DNA from: Planctomycetota bacterium
GTDB taxonomy: Bacteria > Planctomycetota > SZUA-567 > H5-PLA8
Length of the DNA: 64,000 nucleotides
Assembly: GCA_038227875.1 (NCBI GenBank)
Contig: JBBRPR010000023.1
Location: 59,955 to 123,954, forward strand
Direction: 5' to 3'
The notes beneath the pieces are model-generated. The model was not told the origin of the DNA. It made no database searches and was given only the letters and a program-made list of their open reading frames with translations. Of this stretch, positions 17,734-28,165 are shown piece by piece. The position numbers and the translations under genes were made by a program. The first letter of the stretch is position 1; each line of letters starts with the position of its first letter.

Positions 17734-18831
17734 ATGAAAACGAATCTGCGTGTACTGCTGCTCGGGATGGGACTGGCCACGGCGCTGGCGCTGACTGTCG
17801 CGCCGCGCGCTGCCGCTTCGGAAGTTCAGATCAAGACCGCCGACGGCCAGACGATTACGGGCGAATTCCTGGGCACCACCGATGGCATAATCAAAGTCCG
17901 CTCGAAATACGGCGAGATCAGCATTCCGTCCAAGGATGTGCTGACGCTGGTCAAGGCGCCCGACGCGCCGGCGCCGGCCGATCCCAAAGCCAAAAAGGAT
18001 CCTAACGCGGTCGAAGCGCCCGCGGTGAAGTTTCCAGAAGGCAAGGACGTAAACCTGATCGCGCTGCTGGCCTCGCGCGTGCCGGAACCGCCGGAACCCA
18101 CCAAGCAGCAGCGGCAGGAAATCTTCCGCTGCATCCGCAACTTCCGCGACAGCTCCGACAAGTCGCGAGCGAAATCCATCGAAATCCTGAAGGGCTTCGG
18201 CGAAACGGCCTATCCGTTCATCTCCTCCGACTACACAACGGTCGACGACCTGGAAGACAAGATCCAGATGCTCGCGGCCGTCGCCGTCCCGGGAAGCCCG
18301 TACACGGCGGGAATTTTTTCCAAGACTCACGCCACGGCGTTGACGGAATTCAAGCGCCTCGCCGCGGCCGATCCCACTCCGCCACCCGACTACCCGACCA
18401 AGAAGGAACGCGATCAGCCCAACCCGCAAACCGGCGACATCAAAGCCGCCGCGCGGCGCGTGCTGGCGATTGAAGCGGATGCGTCCGCCGCACAGGGGCC
18501 ATTCAACACGCTCTTCCTCTTCCAGGTCTATAAGGCCCGCTACACCGGCGAAACCGATGTGTTGCTGCACGACATCGGTCACGACCGGGCGCTCATGGGC
18601 GCTGTGGCTGGCGACGCGGGAGCTTCCAAATCCGAATGGCAGGGCAATGATCGCGTAATTCTGGCTGAGTCCGCGCTGCCGCTGTTGTTCAAAGACAACG
18701 ACGACCTGAAGGAAATTGCGCAAGCACTGCTGAAACAGATTCTGCCGTCCAACCATCCTAAGTTTACCGCTTCGGAGGAAGAGTGGTTTACGTGGTGGAC
18801 GAAGAACAAGGATCGGATCGAGAAGAAGTAA
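17734..18831 (+). CDS. Secreted hypothetical protein (small beta domain + helical repeat-like region)
   Basis: GAGG RBS, signal peptide, 'IKTADGQTITG...SKYGEISIP', C-terminal 'WFTWWTKNK'. Confidence 0.65.
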   Translation: MKTNLRVLLLGMGLATALALTVAPRAAASEVQIKTADGQTITGEFLGTTDGIIKVRSKYGEISIPSKDVLTLVKAPDAPAPADPKAKKDPNAVEAPAVKFPEGKDVNLIALLASRVPEPPEPTKQQRQEIFRCIRNFRDSSDKSRAKSIEILKGFGETAYPFISSDYTTVDDLEDKIQMLAAVAVPGSPYTAGIFSKTHATALTEFKRLAAADPTPPPDYPTKKERDQPNPQTGDIKAAARRVLAIEADASAAQGPFNTLFLFQVYKARYTGETDVLLHDIGHDRALMGAVAGDAGASKSEWQGNDRVILAESALPLLFKDNDDLKEIAQALLKQILPSNHPKFTASEEEWFTWWTKNKDRIEKK

Positions 18832-18870
18832 ACCAGAAATCCACTACACTAATCGGTTGCCCACTATCGA

Positions 18871-19761
18871 ATGAGCAGTCCTACGCACATCATCATAGCC
18901 AATCCCACCTCCGGGACTCAGGCGGCGCCGACGCTGGCCACGCGGGTCAAGGAACTGCTGGAAGCGCGCGGGCTTTCGACGGAATTGAAACTCACCACCG
19001 CCGCCGGCGACGCTCGCCGTCTAGCGAAGGAAGCGGTAACGCAGGGCGCGACAGTGGTGGTTGCGTGCGGCGGGGACGGTACGCTGCAGGAGGTGGCCTG
19101 CTCGCTCGACGGCACGTCCACCGCGATGGGCCTGCTGCCCCGCGGCCGCTGCAACGACTTCGCCCACGCGCTGGGTCTGCACAAAAGCGACACACCAGAA
19201 CGCCTGGCCGGAATCATTGCCGGCGGAAAAACGCGCGGAATCGATCTCGGCGCGTGGGGCGAGAAGCGCTTCCTGACCGTCGCGACGCTCGGCTTCGACT
19301 CGGAAGTCAGCCGCTACGTAGAGAACAACAAACTCTGGTTGAAAGGCACACCGTCGTATCTTTACGCTGCGATGCGCGTGCTGACGCGCTTCCAGTTTCC
19401 GTTCGTGCGGTTGAAGGGCGATTTCAAAACCATCGAAGGCCGCGTGCTGCTGGCCGCCACGGCCAACGCGTCGTGCTACGGCGGCGCAATGCATATCGCG
19501 CCGGAAGCTCTGGTCGACGACGGACTCTTTCATTTGTGCGTCGTGGATCAGGTCGGCAAGTTCACCGTGTTACGAATTCTGCCACGCGTGTTATCCGGAA
19601 AACACGCCAGCCACCCAGCCGTGAAGATCGTCACCAGCAGCTACGTCGACATCGAAACCCCCGACGGCCCGCAATGGATCTGCGCCGACGGCGAGACGCT
19701 GGGACAAACGCCAGCGCGCTTCGAGATGCGGCCGAAGGCGATTCGCGTTTTAGTGCCGTGA
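18871..19761 (+). CDS. Diacylglycerol/lipid kinase family (YegS/DAGK)
   Basis: 'NPTSG', 'GGDGT', 'PRGRCNDFA', 'YGG', 'ADGE'. Confidence 0.9.
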   Translation: MSSPTHIIIANPTSGTQAAPTLATRVKELLEARGLSTELKLTTAAGDARRLAKEAVTQGATVVVACGGDGTLQEVACSLDGTSTAMGLLPRGRCNDFAHALGLHKSDTPERLAGIIAGGKTRGIDLGAWGEKRFLTVATLGFDSEVSRYVENNKLWLKGTPSYLYAAMRVLTRFQFPFVRLKGDFKTIEGRVLLAATANASCYGGAMHIAPEALVDDGLFHLCVVDQVGKFTVLRILPRVLSGKHASHPAVKIVTSSYVDIETPDGPQWICADGETLGQTPARFEMRPKAIRVLVP

Positions 19762-19773
19762 GGCGCTCGCGAG

Positions 19774-21153
19774 CTACCGGAAGCGCTTGGGCTTGCGATT
19801 TTCCTCGCGCGGGCGATACGGCCGTGACGGCCGATCGTTCCGGTCTTCGCGGATCGGGATCGATTCTTCGTCGAAGTCCGGCTCGGCGTCCTCGTCCCCG
19901 GAGTCCTCTTCGCGACGCTTGCGCTTGCCGGACGAGCCCGGAGAACCGGGCTTGTGTGCATCCTTCGCGGCGTCGACGTCCCAGCGATCGCGCTTCGGGA
20001 CCAGCAGGTCCAGCATGCGACCGTTCTGCGCTTCCTTGCGCACCAGCAACTTCAGGCGCGCGGCGACCGTCGCGCGGAGCTTCGCGGAATCGGCGCGGCG
20101 TTCTTTAATTCGCGCCAGCGCCACGGCGACATCGAACGGTTCGCCCTCAGCACCAGCGGGAATTGAGAGCGCGCCGGCAGGCATCAGCGTATCGAGAAAT
20201 GCGCGCGCGCCGGTCTCGGCTTCCGGGGCCAGCACCGGGACGCCCGCGGTGGCGGCGAGGATCGCGCCGTGCAGGCTGCAGCTGAAAACCACTTCGCACG
20301 CGGCCATCGCTTCGCGGATTTCTTTCATCGGTCGGTCGCACGGAATGTATTCGATCCGCGTGGCGTCGATCTCGGAGCCTTTCGGCAAAAGCGCATGCGC
20401 GTGTTTCTCCGCCGCTTCGGTGTTGTCGTGAAAGACGCTCAAAGACACGCCGGCCTCGGCCAAAATGCCTGCCGTCAGGGCCTGCGTGGCGGTGAGGACC
20501 GCACCGGAGGCGTGCTGCTCTTCGAAACCAAAATCGGGATGCGACGGAATTCGCGGCGCGAGCACCAGGCCGACGCGCGGCGCGGTGACCGTCGCCTTCG
20601 GCAGCGTTTCGCCCAGCGCCACGGCGGGGCTGCCGATGTTCGACATGCGCGAGGAACTTAATCCGTACCCGACCATCGCCAGCTTCGACGCTTCATCGCG
20701 CGCGGAGAGACCGTCGGTGAAATTGTGGAGCAGCCGCTGGACGCGCGTGCGGTCGCGCGCATCGGGAATCGCGCGCGCGCCGACACCGACCACGGCGCTT
20801 TTGATCCCCAGCGTGCGTGCGTGTTCGGTGGCCGACAGCCACGTGCGTGACGGCGGATTGCCAGACGCGCCGATCTCGCCGGCACCGGCGACGATCACCA
20901 GCAGCGCCTTGGCCATCGCGCCCCAGGCTTCCGGCGTGGAGAGCACGCTGCCGGGCGCGGGCAATTCCACAGCGCGGACGTTGCCGAGCTCGTGGATTTC
21001 TAAAACTTTATCGGGGTGCGGCGTGAGCACCGTGATCTCGTGTTTGGCGGCGGTCAGCCGCGACAGCAGCCCCGCCAGCACAGCTTCATCCGCGAGGGAA
21101 CCGAGACCAAACGGGCCAGTAATGACGATCTTCAAGTGGCAATGTCCTGACAT
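19774..21153 (-). CDS. Polysaccharide pyruvyl transferase family (CsaB/WcaK-like)
   Basis: 'GPFGLGSLADEAVL', 'SARDEAS', 'SLHGAILA...GVP'; charged disordered tail. Confidence 0.75.
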   Translation of the reverse strand: MSGHCHLKIVITGPFGLGSLADEAVLAGLLSRLTAAKHEITVLTPHPDKVLEIHELGNVRAVELPAPGSVLSTPEAWGAMAKALLVIVAGAGEIGASGNPPSRTWLSATEHARTLGIKSAVVGVGARAIPDARDRTRVQRLLHNFTDGLSARDEASKLAMVGYGLSSSRMSNIGSPAVALGETLPKATVTAPRVGLVLAPRIPSHPDFGFEEQHASGAVLTATQALTAGILAEAGVSLSVFHDNTEAAEKHAHALLPKGSEIDATRIEYIPCDRPMKEIREAMAACEVVFSCSLHGAILAATAGVPVLAPEAETGARAFLDTLMPAGALSIPAGAEGEPFDVAVALARIKERRADSAKLRATVAARLKLLVRKEAQNGRMLDLLVPKRDRWDVDAAKDAHKPGSPGSSGKRKRREEDSGDEDAEPDFDEESIPIREDRNDRPSRPYRPREENRKPKRFR

Positions 21154-21324
21154 CAAAAGGGCTAAATCGTAACTGCACAGCCGGGGAGGATAACCTCACG
21201 CAGGGCAAACTGCAAAGTGGCTGTGTGCACCTTGAGTCTGGCATTCCTACTCATACGTACGATTTATATGGAATTTCGTGACGCCCTGGGGAACAATAAA
21301 GGTAGAGAAGGGGAGGAGGTTATC

Positions 21325-22179
21325 ATGCGCAGCTCAATGAAATGGATTTCAAGCCTCGCCCTCGCGACCGTCGTCGCCACGGGCACGGCCTACGCAGACA
21401 CCGTCTACCTCATCAACGGCGGGATGCTTGAAGGCCGTGTGCAGTATGAGAACGGCCGCGTCGTCGTCGAGCAACCGACGGGCAAAGTCTATATCGATAG
21501 CGCCAAAGTCGATCACGTCGAAAAGAGCAAGACGGAAATGGACGTGTACGATGAACGTCTCGCCACGCTGAAAGCCAAGGACGCCGCCACCGCTGAAGAC
21601 TACGCGCAGTTGGCTCGCTACGCCGTGGAACACGGCATGAAGGCACGCTCAGAGGCGATGAACAAGCGCGCGCTGGCGCTGGACCCCGAAAACGAAACCG
21701 CCCGCGTCGCGCTGGGCTACGTAAGATTTCAGGACCACTGGATGACGCCCGACGATGCCAACGTCGCGCGCGGACTGGTGAAGCACGAAGGCATCTGGAT
21801 TACGCCCGAAGCGAAGACCGATCTGCTAAGAGCGCAGGCCAACGCCGACGCGCAGCGCGAACGCGCCAAAGCCGAAGACGCCAAGGCCGAACAGGAGCGG
21901 CTGAAGAACGAGCGGCTTGACAAGGAATTGCAGCTGATCGATGCACAGCGCGAACGCGATTACTACTACCGTAACAACCCGCCCATTGTTGTTCTGCCCA
22001 CCGGGCCAGGCACGGTCGGCGTGCCATCGACAGGATCTCCCGCGCCAAAAGCCGCGCCGCAGAATCCCACGCCGCCACCCAACACGTTCGGCGGTGTCTT
22101 CAATCCCGTCGAACTCGACACACCCGACGGCACCGTGCGCCTCGACCCCAGCGGCGCGCTGATCGTGAAGAAGAAATAG
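21325..22179 (+). CDS. Secreted hypothetical protein (Planctomycete-type)
   Basis: GGAGGT RBS; signal peptide ending AYA; 'DTVYLINGGMLEG', 'LDPENETARVALGY...W...RGLVKHEGIW'; Pro-rich tail. Confidence 0.7.
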   Translation: MRSSMKWISSLALATVVATGTAYADTVYLINGGMLEGRVQYENGRVVVEQPTGKVYIDSAKVDHVEKSKTEMDVYDERLATLKAKDAATAEDYAQLARYAVEHGMKARSEAMNKRALALDPENETARVALGYVRFQDHWMTPDDANVARGLVKHEGIWITPEAKTDLLRAQANADAQRERAKAEDAKAEQERLKNERLDKELQLIDAQRERDYYYRNNPPIVVLPTGPGTVGVPSTGSPAPKAAPQNPTPPPNTFGGVFNPVELDTPDGTVRLDPSGALIVKKK

Positions 22180-22202
22180 CTGATTCACAATTTTAGCTTC
22201 CG

Positions 22203-23543
22203 CTACTGCCGCGCTTCTTCCGCCGTCACGCGTCGCTGCCCGCCGCCTCTCGTGGTCGCCGGCTCGATGCGCGGCGCGGTTTCGCCAACTTCCGTCATCT
22301 TGCGAATCAGGCGGCCGCGCATCACGGACTTCACTTCATTGTGTGAGTCCAGTTCGATCAGGTTGCGCAGCTCGTAGGGATCCGAATACAGATCGTAGAG
22401 CGCTTCCTCTTTGTAGACATCGGAACCGGAATCGGTGCCGCCCTTCTTGTCCGGCGCGTTGACGCAGAATTTCCAGCGCTGCGTGCGGACGGCGCGCGCC
22501 ACCTGGGATTCGCTGATCTGCACGAATGCCTCCTCCGGCCAGCTCGTAGCGGTGCGGCGGATCAACGGCAGGATCGAGTGTCCCTGCATCTGCGCCGGCA
22601 CGGGAATTTCCGCGGCATCGAGCAGCGTGGGCGGCAGGTCGACGAGGCTGACGAGTTTCTGAATCTGCCCGCCGCCCGTGAACGGCCCGCCATAAAGCGC
22701 CGTCGGTACGCGGATGGAAGAATCGTGGCACGAGCGCTTGTACTCGCTGTTGCGGGTCTTGAAGTGGCAGCCGTGATCGGCGGTGAAGAGCACGACGGTG
22801 TTTTCGAGCAGATTGAGGCTGCGCAGCGCGTCGTTGAAGCGGCCGAGCGCTTCGTCGAGGCGCTTGATCATGCCCCAGTACCCGGCGATGTGCTGGTGCG
22901 TTGAACCACCCAGCGCCGCGAGGTCCGGCGGCACCCAGCGCCCGCGGTAACGTTCCTCGTAACCAAACGGCGCGGGATAGTCGTCGCGGTGATTCTGAAA
23001 ATGCGGCTCGATGAACGAGCTGAACAGGAAGAACGGCTTTTTCTGATTCGTGTCGACGTAGCGGACCATGGCATCGGTCAGCGCGTCGACGCGGTAGCCG
23101 GGCAGATTCACACGCTTGCAGTCGTTGTCGTAGAGAACGGTATCATATGCGTCGCTGTCCATTTCCATCACGTTGGACGCGAGCCAGTATTCGTAGCCGC
23201 CGCGTTCATTTTCCAGCACGGCCTGATGGTCGGCCAGATGCCACTTGCCGATGTAGCCGGTGGTGTATCCGGCGGCGCGGAAGTAATGCGCCATCGTTTT
23301 CGCATCCGGCTTGAGCGGTATGCCGTTGCGCCACGACCCAGTCGTGGTCGCGTACTGACCGGTCTGCAAACACGAACGCGCCGGACCGCAGACCGGCTGG
23401 CACGTAAACGACTGAGCCACGTGCGTGCCGGAGACGGCCATGCGGTCGAAGTTCGGCATCAGATCGAGTGGATTGCCGTGCAGGCCCGACGCATCCCAGC
23501 GCTGCTGATCGGTGAAGAACACGACGACATTGGGACGCGGCAT
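22203..23543 (-). CDS. Cys-type formylglycine sulfatase (arylsulfatase family)
   Basis: 'PNVVVFFTDQQR', 'CGPARSCLQTG' (CxPxR), 'GKWHL', 'ADHG', 'LYDLYSDPYE'. Confidence 0.93.
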   Translation of the reverse strand: MPRPNVVVFFTDQQRWDASGLHGNPLDLMPNFDRMAVSGTHVAQSFTCQPVCGPARSCLQTGQYATTTGSWRNGIPLKPDAKTMAHYFRAAGYTTGYIGKWHLADHQAVLENERGGYEYWLASNVMEMDSDAYDTVLYDNDCKRVNLPGYRVDALTDAMVRYVDTNQKKPFFLFSSFIEPHFQNHRDDYPAPFGYEERYRGRWVPPDLAALGGSTHQHIAGYWGMIKRLDEALGRFNDALRSLNLLENTVVLFTADHGCHFKTRNSEYKRSCHDSSIRVPTALYGGPFTGGGQIQKLVSLVDLPPTLLDAAEIPVPAQMQGHSILPLIRRTATSWPEEAFVQISESQVARAVRTQRWKFCVNAPDKKGGTDSGSDVYKEEALYDLYSDPYELRNLIELDSHNEVKSVMRGRLIRKMTEVGETAPRIEPATTRGGGQRRVTAEEARQ

Positions 23544-23622
23544 GGAAATTCTCCCTATAAGAATGTAGCTGTGTTCAAACTATCTATCACGAATGCGTAA
23601 AGTGTCAGCGTCCGTTCTAACA

Positions 23623-25185
23623 TTAGTCGCGTATCAAGGGCGGCTGAGGCGCCAGGGGCCGGCGCACAAGAAAGAGCACCGGCGTGTCGCCGGCGGTGCC
23701 GGCGCAGACTTTGATGTAGCCGTGGGGGTGAGGACGAAAGGGTTCGTAGTATTTTTCGATTTCCTTGCGGATGAACGCGGGCTGAAAATTCAGTTCGAAG
23801 AGCAATACATGCGAAAAAACCTGTTCGCGGAACGGCTGCAGCACGGCGGCCTCCGGCAGCGTTCCGGCTTTGAGAAAGCGCAGGTGAATCGGTTCGATGA
23901 AAAACCGGTCGGCGCAATCACGGTCCGCCACCACGCCCCATTCGCGCTCGGCGTAAACCGGTTCACTTTCCTGCGCCAGAAATTGCGCGACCACCGCGGC
24001 TTCCGCGAACTCGCGCTCATTTGGCGCGGCCAGCGGATTAGCGCTCCCCTGTCCCGACGCTGAGTGCAGCAACCACAGCTGCAACACCACGGCGATGGCC
24101 AGTCCGATCGCCGGCGCATTGGCAAACCGCGTGATCTTCAGCAGGTCACGCGCCGCGCGGACCGCAGCCAGCAGCAACGCCGCCACCAGCGGCAACAGGT
24201 GATTGGGTCCGCCGCCATCGATCAACACCACGATCGCCAGCGGTAGACTGCCCAGCACAAAGCTATGGAGCAGCGTCCAGCGGCGCTGCCCGAGCGACTG
24301 TATCAGGCCGCAAAGTCCAACGACTCCGATCACCGCGATGAGTTTCAACGCCGGCAGCAGGAAACCCCACAGCCGCGCGATTTCCAAGTGACGCGGCGCC
24401 TGCGGTGAAAGCATCGACGTGAAAAAAACCGAGCCATACATCCCCAGCGTCAACGCCAGCAGCAGCGCGCAGAAACCGATCGTCGCGCCGATCAGCATCA
24501 AGCCCTGCCGCGGTCTACGGATGAGAAGATGAAGCTGTAGCGCTGCCAGTGGCGCCAGCGCCGAGTGCTTGGCGTAAAGCGCCAGCGTCGAAAACAGCGC
24601 ACCGAGCAGCAGCGGCCGGATTGCCGCCCCGCGCGTGAGTTCCGCGGAGTCCTCGCGCGGTTCGAACGCAGACAGAAAATAAAACGCGGCGAGCAGAAAC
24701 AACAGCATCCAACTGTCCGGGCGTGGCGCGAGGATGTACTCGCCAAATTGGTAGCAGCACGGCACCAGCAGAGCTCCCGCGCATGCGACGGCCAGCGGCA
24801 CCGCTTCGCGCCGCGCCCACACCACGACGATCAGCATAATGCCCGTCAGCGGTACGATCTGCAGTGCGCGCGCCGAGGCCAGCGTCAGCGGCACCACACG
24901 CCCCACGATGGATAGAATCCACGGATAGAGCGGCGGATAGACATTGCCGATCAGCGGATACGACGTGGAATCCGTGTAGATGGTTTTGCCGTGCAACACG
25001 CGCTGCGCGTAGAAGAGCATGTCTCCTTCACCGAAAAAATAATCGATCGGGTAATGCAGCATGTCCCAGATAAAAAGCGGCACCACCGCCGCCCGAGCCG
25101 CCAGCAGCAACAGTACACCGATGGCAATCAGACGCGGCAGGTTGATCGGCGAGGACGCGGACGGGGACTCTAGCGAATCTGACAT
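23623..25185 (-). CDS. Polytopic membrane protein, GT-C/ArnT-like glycosyltransferase
   Basis: Many TM segments; 'YFFGEG', 'VYPPLY', 'RPD', 'YAKHS'; divergent from a GT2 gene. Confidence 0.6.
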   Translation of the reverse strand: MSDSLESPSASSPINLPRLIAIGVLLLLAARAAVVPLFIWDMLHYPIDYFFGEGDMLFYAQRVLHGKTIYTDSTSYPLIGNVYPPLYPWILSIVGRVVPLTLASARALQIVPLTGIMLIVVVWARREAVPLAVACAGALLVPCCYQFGEYILAPRPDSWMLLFLLAAFYFLSAFEPREDSAELTRGAAIRPLLLGALFSTLALYAKHSALAPLAALQLHLLIRRPRQGLMLIGATIGFCALLLALTLGMYGSVFFTSMLSPQAPRHLEIARLWGFLLPALKLIAVIGVVGLCGLIQSLGQRRWTLLHSFVLGSLPLAIVVLIDGGGPNHLLPLVAALLLAAVRAARDLLKITRFANAPAIGLAIAVVLQLWLLHSASGQGSANPLAAPNEREFAEAAVVAQFLAQESEPVYAEREWGVVADRDCADRFFIEPIHLRFLKAGTLPEAAVLQPFREQVFSHVLLFELNFQPAFIRKEIEKYYEPFRPHPHGYIKVCAGTAGDTPVLFLVRRPLAPQPPLIRD

Positions 25186-25204
25186 GATGGCAGCGTAGCG
25201 ACCG

Positions 25205-25324
25205 CATTTTCCATTTTCCATCGGTCATTTCCCATTTTCCAATTCGCTGGCGCGCTTGCAAAAGCGGGAGGCGTCGTGGCCGTTCGATGGAAAATCGAAA
25301 ATGACCGATTGAAAATGGAAAATG
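25205..25324. repeat. 37-bp inverted repeat of 7-mer CATTTTC units filling a divergent intergenic region
   Basis: 25205-25241 matches the reverse complement of 25288-25324 at 34/37; 46-bp spacer. Confidence 0.9.
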
Positions 25325-25344
25325 TCCTTACAATCCACGCTTCC

Positions 25345-26124
25345 ATGCCACTCAACGCCACCACAGTCGTCCTCGCGCTTCCCGCGTACAACGAAGCGGA
25401 CAACATTGATCCGCTGTTTACGCGCATCGCTCAGGCCCGTGCCGAATGCCTGCCGAACTTAAGCGTACTGATTTATGACGATGGCTCGAAAGACCAGACC
25501 CGCACACTGGCGGAGAACTGGAAGAAGGCGCCGCTGCCTGTGCGCGTTATCGGCCTGAAAGAGAACAGGGGCCTCGGCGGCGCGCTGAGCGGCCTGGTCC
25601 ACGACTTCGCCGGCCCCAATAAGGGTGGCCAGCCCGCGTCGACGCACATGGCGCTGATGGACTGCGACGACACGATGGACCCCTACCAGATTCCCGCGAT
25701 GCTGGAGCTGCTGAACGCACAGAACCTGGACCTGGTGATCGCTTCGCGTTACCGACGTGGCGCGCGGGTCTGGGGCGTGCCGCCGCTGCGCCGCCTGATG
25801 AGCCGGGGGGCGCGGACGCTCTTCACGCTGATGCACCCGATTTCCGGCGTGCGCGATTACTCCTGCGGCTTCCGCCTCTACCGCCGCGAGCTGCTGGAAA
25901 AAGCGTGCTCCGTCTGGGGCGAACGCCTGGTCGAGCAGCGTGGTTTCGCGTCGATGGTGGAGATCCTGCTCAAACTCGACCGCATGGGCGCCAAATGCGG
26001 CGAGATCCCGCTGCAGCTCCACTACGATCAAAAGCGCGGCGAGAGCAAGATGCCGGTCTCAGACAACGCGTCGCGGCTGCTCAAGCTGATGTGGGCGTGG
26101 CGGAAGAAGGGTCTGGAGCCGTAA
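25345..26124 (+). CDS. GT2 polyprenol-phosphate glycosyltransferase (DPM1-like)
   Basis: 'LPAYNE', 'DDGSKD', 'MDCD', 'ASRY', 'RDYSCGFR', 'GESK'. Confidence 0.88.
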   Translation: MPLNATTVVLALPAYNEADNIDPLFTRIAQARAECLPNLSVLIYDDGSKDQTRTLAENWKKAPLPVRVIGLKENRGLGGALSGLVHDFAGPNKGGQPASTHMALMDCDDTMDPYQIPAMLELLNAQNLDLVIASRYRRGARVWGVPPLRRLMSRGARTLFTLMHPISGVRDYSCGFRLYRRELLEKACSVWGERLVEQRGFASMVEILLKLDRMGAKCGEIPLQLHYDQKRGESKMPVSDNASRLLKLMWAWRKKGLEP

Positions 26125-26129
26125 ACAGT

Positions 26130-27305
26130 TCAACTCTGAGCGGACGGTGCGTCTTCGGTATAGGGGTAGACGCGGGTCGGCAGGCCGATGGATGTTCGTT
26201 TTGCCTTCATGTAAAATACAGTTCCGTAAAGTACGGAACACACAGTCCCAACGATGTACCCAATGATCCACGTCCATTTATACGCAGTTCCTGAACCAGG
26301 TGGAGACAGCGTCAATTCAGCGAATTGACATTGGTTGAGAAAGTGTACTTCGTATTTTTTGTACTCATTGACCACTGGATATTCGGCATTCAAATTCAGA
26401 CTCAACTTTAAAGTTTGACCTGTCATATTTCCAAATCTAGCGTCATTCAAGATTACATCTTCATAAAGTTCGAAATAGCTATCCCTTTGATCTTCTTTGG
26501 CGCTAAGCTCTTCACCATATTTCTCGTTCGAATTTGGGGCGCTTCCGATATCCAATGTGGTTACACCAAGTTCTTTGGCATTCAATAATTCGGCCGTAGA
26601 TTGGCCTGTCCATATTCGGCCAAAACTACGTCGATAACCAAAGTGATAACGCATCGTGTCGCCTTGGCTGGCAATAGGTGGATACCAGCACGAATTGTAA
26701 TGCCAACGCGAAACCAGTGCCCGTAGATCGCCGGCTAGAAATGGCAGAATTGAGGCTACAGACAGAGCCAACCCTAACGCGCCTTTGATTCGAAATACGG
26801 GTACCGATGAAACGTTTGGTTTCGGTTCCGCCTTTACCAGCCGAAGTACACCACGCTTGACTTCATCACATGCAACTAGAAGATTTGTATTTAATGTACT
26901 ATTGAAGTGCTCGGGTGCAAAAAGAACGTGCATCAGAACGATAGCGGCAGCCATACTTGTCGCTATGATTGTGGTTAACGGAAAAGAAATCAGATCCATT
27001 AGCGCAGCAACAAAAATTACAATGTAAATAGGAACCGACAGCCAGATGGTGTTGTAATGCCGAACTTCTCGACGACCAACAACCATCTCCGGCTGATAAA
27101 ATCCACAGACAGGGCACGGATGTATATCCACTTCGGTTTTAAGTTTTCCTTCCAGCGCCGTGAGTGCTTTCTGTTCAGCGACCTCCGCGGTCGCCGCGGA
27201 CGCAGTAGCGATGCGATCCATCCGATATTTAAAGACTGTATTACACAGGAGACACGTATGTTCCTTAAACACGCGCATCGATACGGTTGAATGAGAATTG
27301 GGCAT
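26130..27305 (-). CDS. AT-rich hypothetical membrane protein with two CxxC motifs
   Basis: 391-aa ORF; CLLC and CPVC; about 4 TM segments; visibly lower GC than its flanks. Confidence 0.7.
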   Translation of the reverse strand: MPNSHSTVSMRVFKEHTCLLCNTVFKYRMDRIATASAATAEVAEQKALTALEGKLKTEVDIHPCPVCGFYQPEMVVGRREVRHYNTIWLSVPIYIVIFVAALMDLISFPLTTIIATSMAAAIVLMHVLFAPEHFNSTLNTNLLVACDEVKRGVLRLVKAEPKPNVSSVPVFRIKGALGLALSVASILPFLAGDLRALVSRWHYNSCWYPPIASQGDTMRYHFGYRRSFGRIWTGQSTAELLNAKELGVTTLDIGSAPNSNEKYGEELSAKEDQRDSYFELYEDVILNDARFGNMTGQTLKLSLNLNAEYPVVNEYKKYEVHFLNQCQFAELTLSPPGSGTAYKWTWIIGYIVGTVCSVLYGTVFYMKAKRTSIGLPTRVYPYTEDAPSAQS

Positions 27306-27346
27306 AGTTCGGCTATTTTACTTGCGTTTACTGCCTTTTGCCAGCT

Positions 27347-28165
27347 TTACCGCGGCAAAACCCTAAGCGCCCGCGGCGACTTCCCGACCACTCTCCGCAG
27401 GTGCCGCGCCAGCGTGTGCGGCGACGCGAAGCCCGCTTTCTCCGCGATGCTGCTCACCGGCAGGTCGCTCGATTTCAGCAGTTCGATCGCGCGGCGCAGG
27501 CGCGATTGGTTCAGCCATGCACCCGGCGACGTGCCGATCCGCTGCGTGAAGACGCGCGTCAGGTGTTCACGGCTGCAGCCGTGCTTTTCCGCCAGTTCCT
27601 TTAGTGACCACGGATACGACGGGTGGCGGAGCAGTTCGTCGACGGCGGCGTCGACGGGGTTCTGCGTCTCCTGCCGCCGCTCTCGGAATTTCAGGAAGAG
27701 GCTCATCAAGAATTCGTGCACGGCCTCGGCCAGCACCGTCGGATCGAGCGCCGCCTGCGGCGACGCCAGTTCCATCAAATTACACATCGCCTGATGCGTC
27801 TGCGTGTCGACGGGCAGCACCGAACCGTGGCCTTTACGCAGCACGCTCCAGTGTTCGCCGATGCCCGCGCCGGTGAACGTGATCCAGTCGCAGATGTAGG
27901 TCTCGGTGTTCTCGGGCGTGGTGAAATAAACGACGTCGTCGCCAAACGCGTGGAGAAACGCGTGGCCGGAGGTGACGGGATACGTACCGGTTGAATCGTG
28001 GTACTGAACCGACCCCTGGACTGTGTATTGAAAACCCACCGTGCCCGGCACACGGCCCTTGCTGACGTGATAATAGCGCGTGCCGGGCGTCACAATCTGA
28101 CCGCGGTCAAAGCTGCCTACACGCCACAATGTTCCTGCCTCTAGCAAGGGATATTCGGGGCTCAT
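27347..28165 (-). CDS. AraC-family transcriptional regulator
   Basis: Cupin-like N-terminus; 'SLKELA...SREHLTRVF...GTSP', 'IAEKAGFASP...PRALR'. Confidence 0.9.
   Translation of the reverse strand: MSPEYPLLEAGTLWRVGSFDRGQIVTPGTRYYHVSKGRVPGTVGFQYTVQGSVQYHDSTGTYPVTSGHAFLHAFGDDVVYFTTPENTETYICDWITFTGAGIGEHWSVLRKGHGSVLPVDTQTHQAMCNLMELASPQAALDPTVLAEAVHEFLMSLFLKFRERRQETQNPVDAAVDELLRHPSYPWSLKELAEKHGCSREHLTRVFTQRIGTSPGAWLNQSRLRRAIELLKSSDLPVSSIAEKAGFASPHTLARHLRRVVGKSPRALRVLPR

Noticed and set aside
21170..21235. c-di-GMP-I riboswitch-like 'CAGGGCAAAC' inside a hairpin
   Set aside because: Lacks the GNRA-capped stem and the downstream GACGCAAAG consensus.
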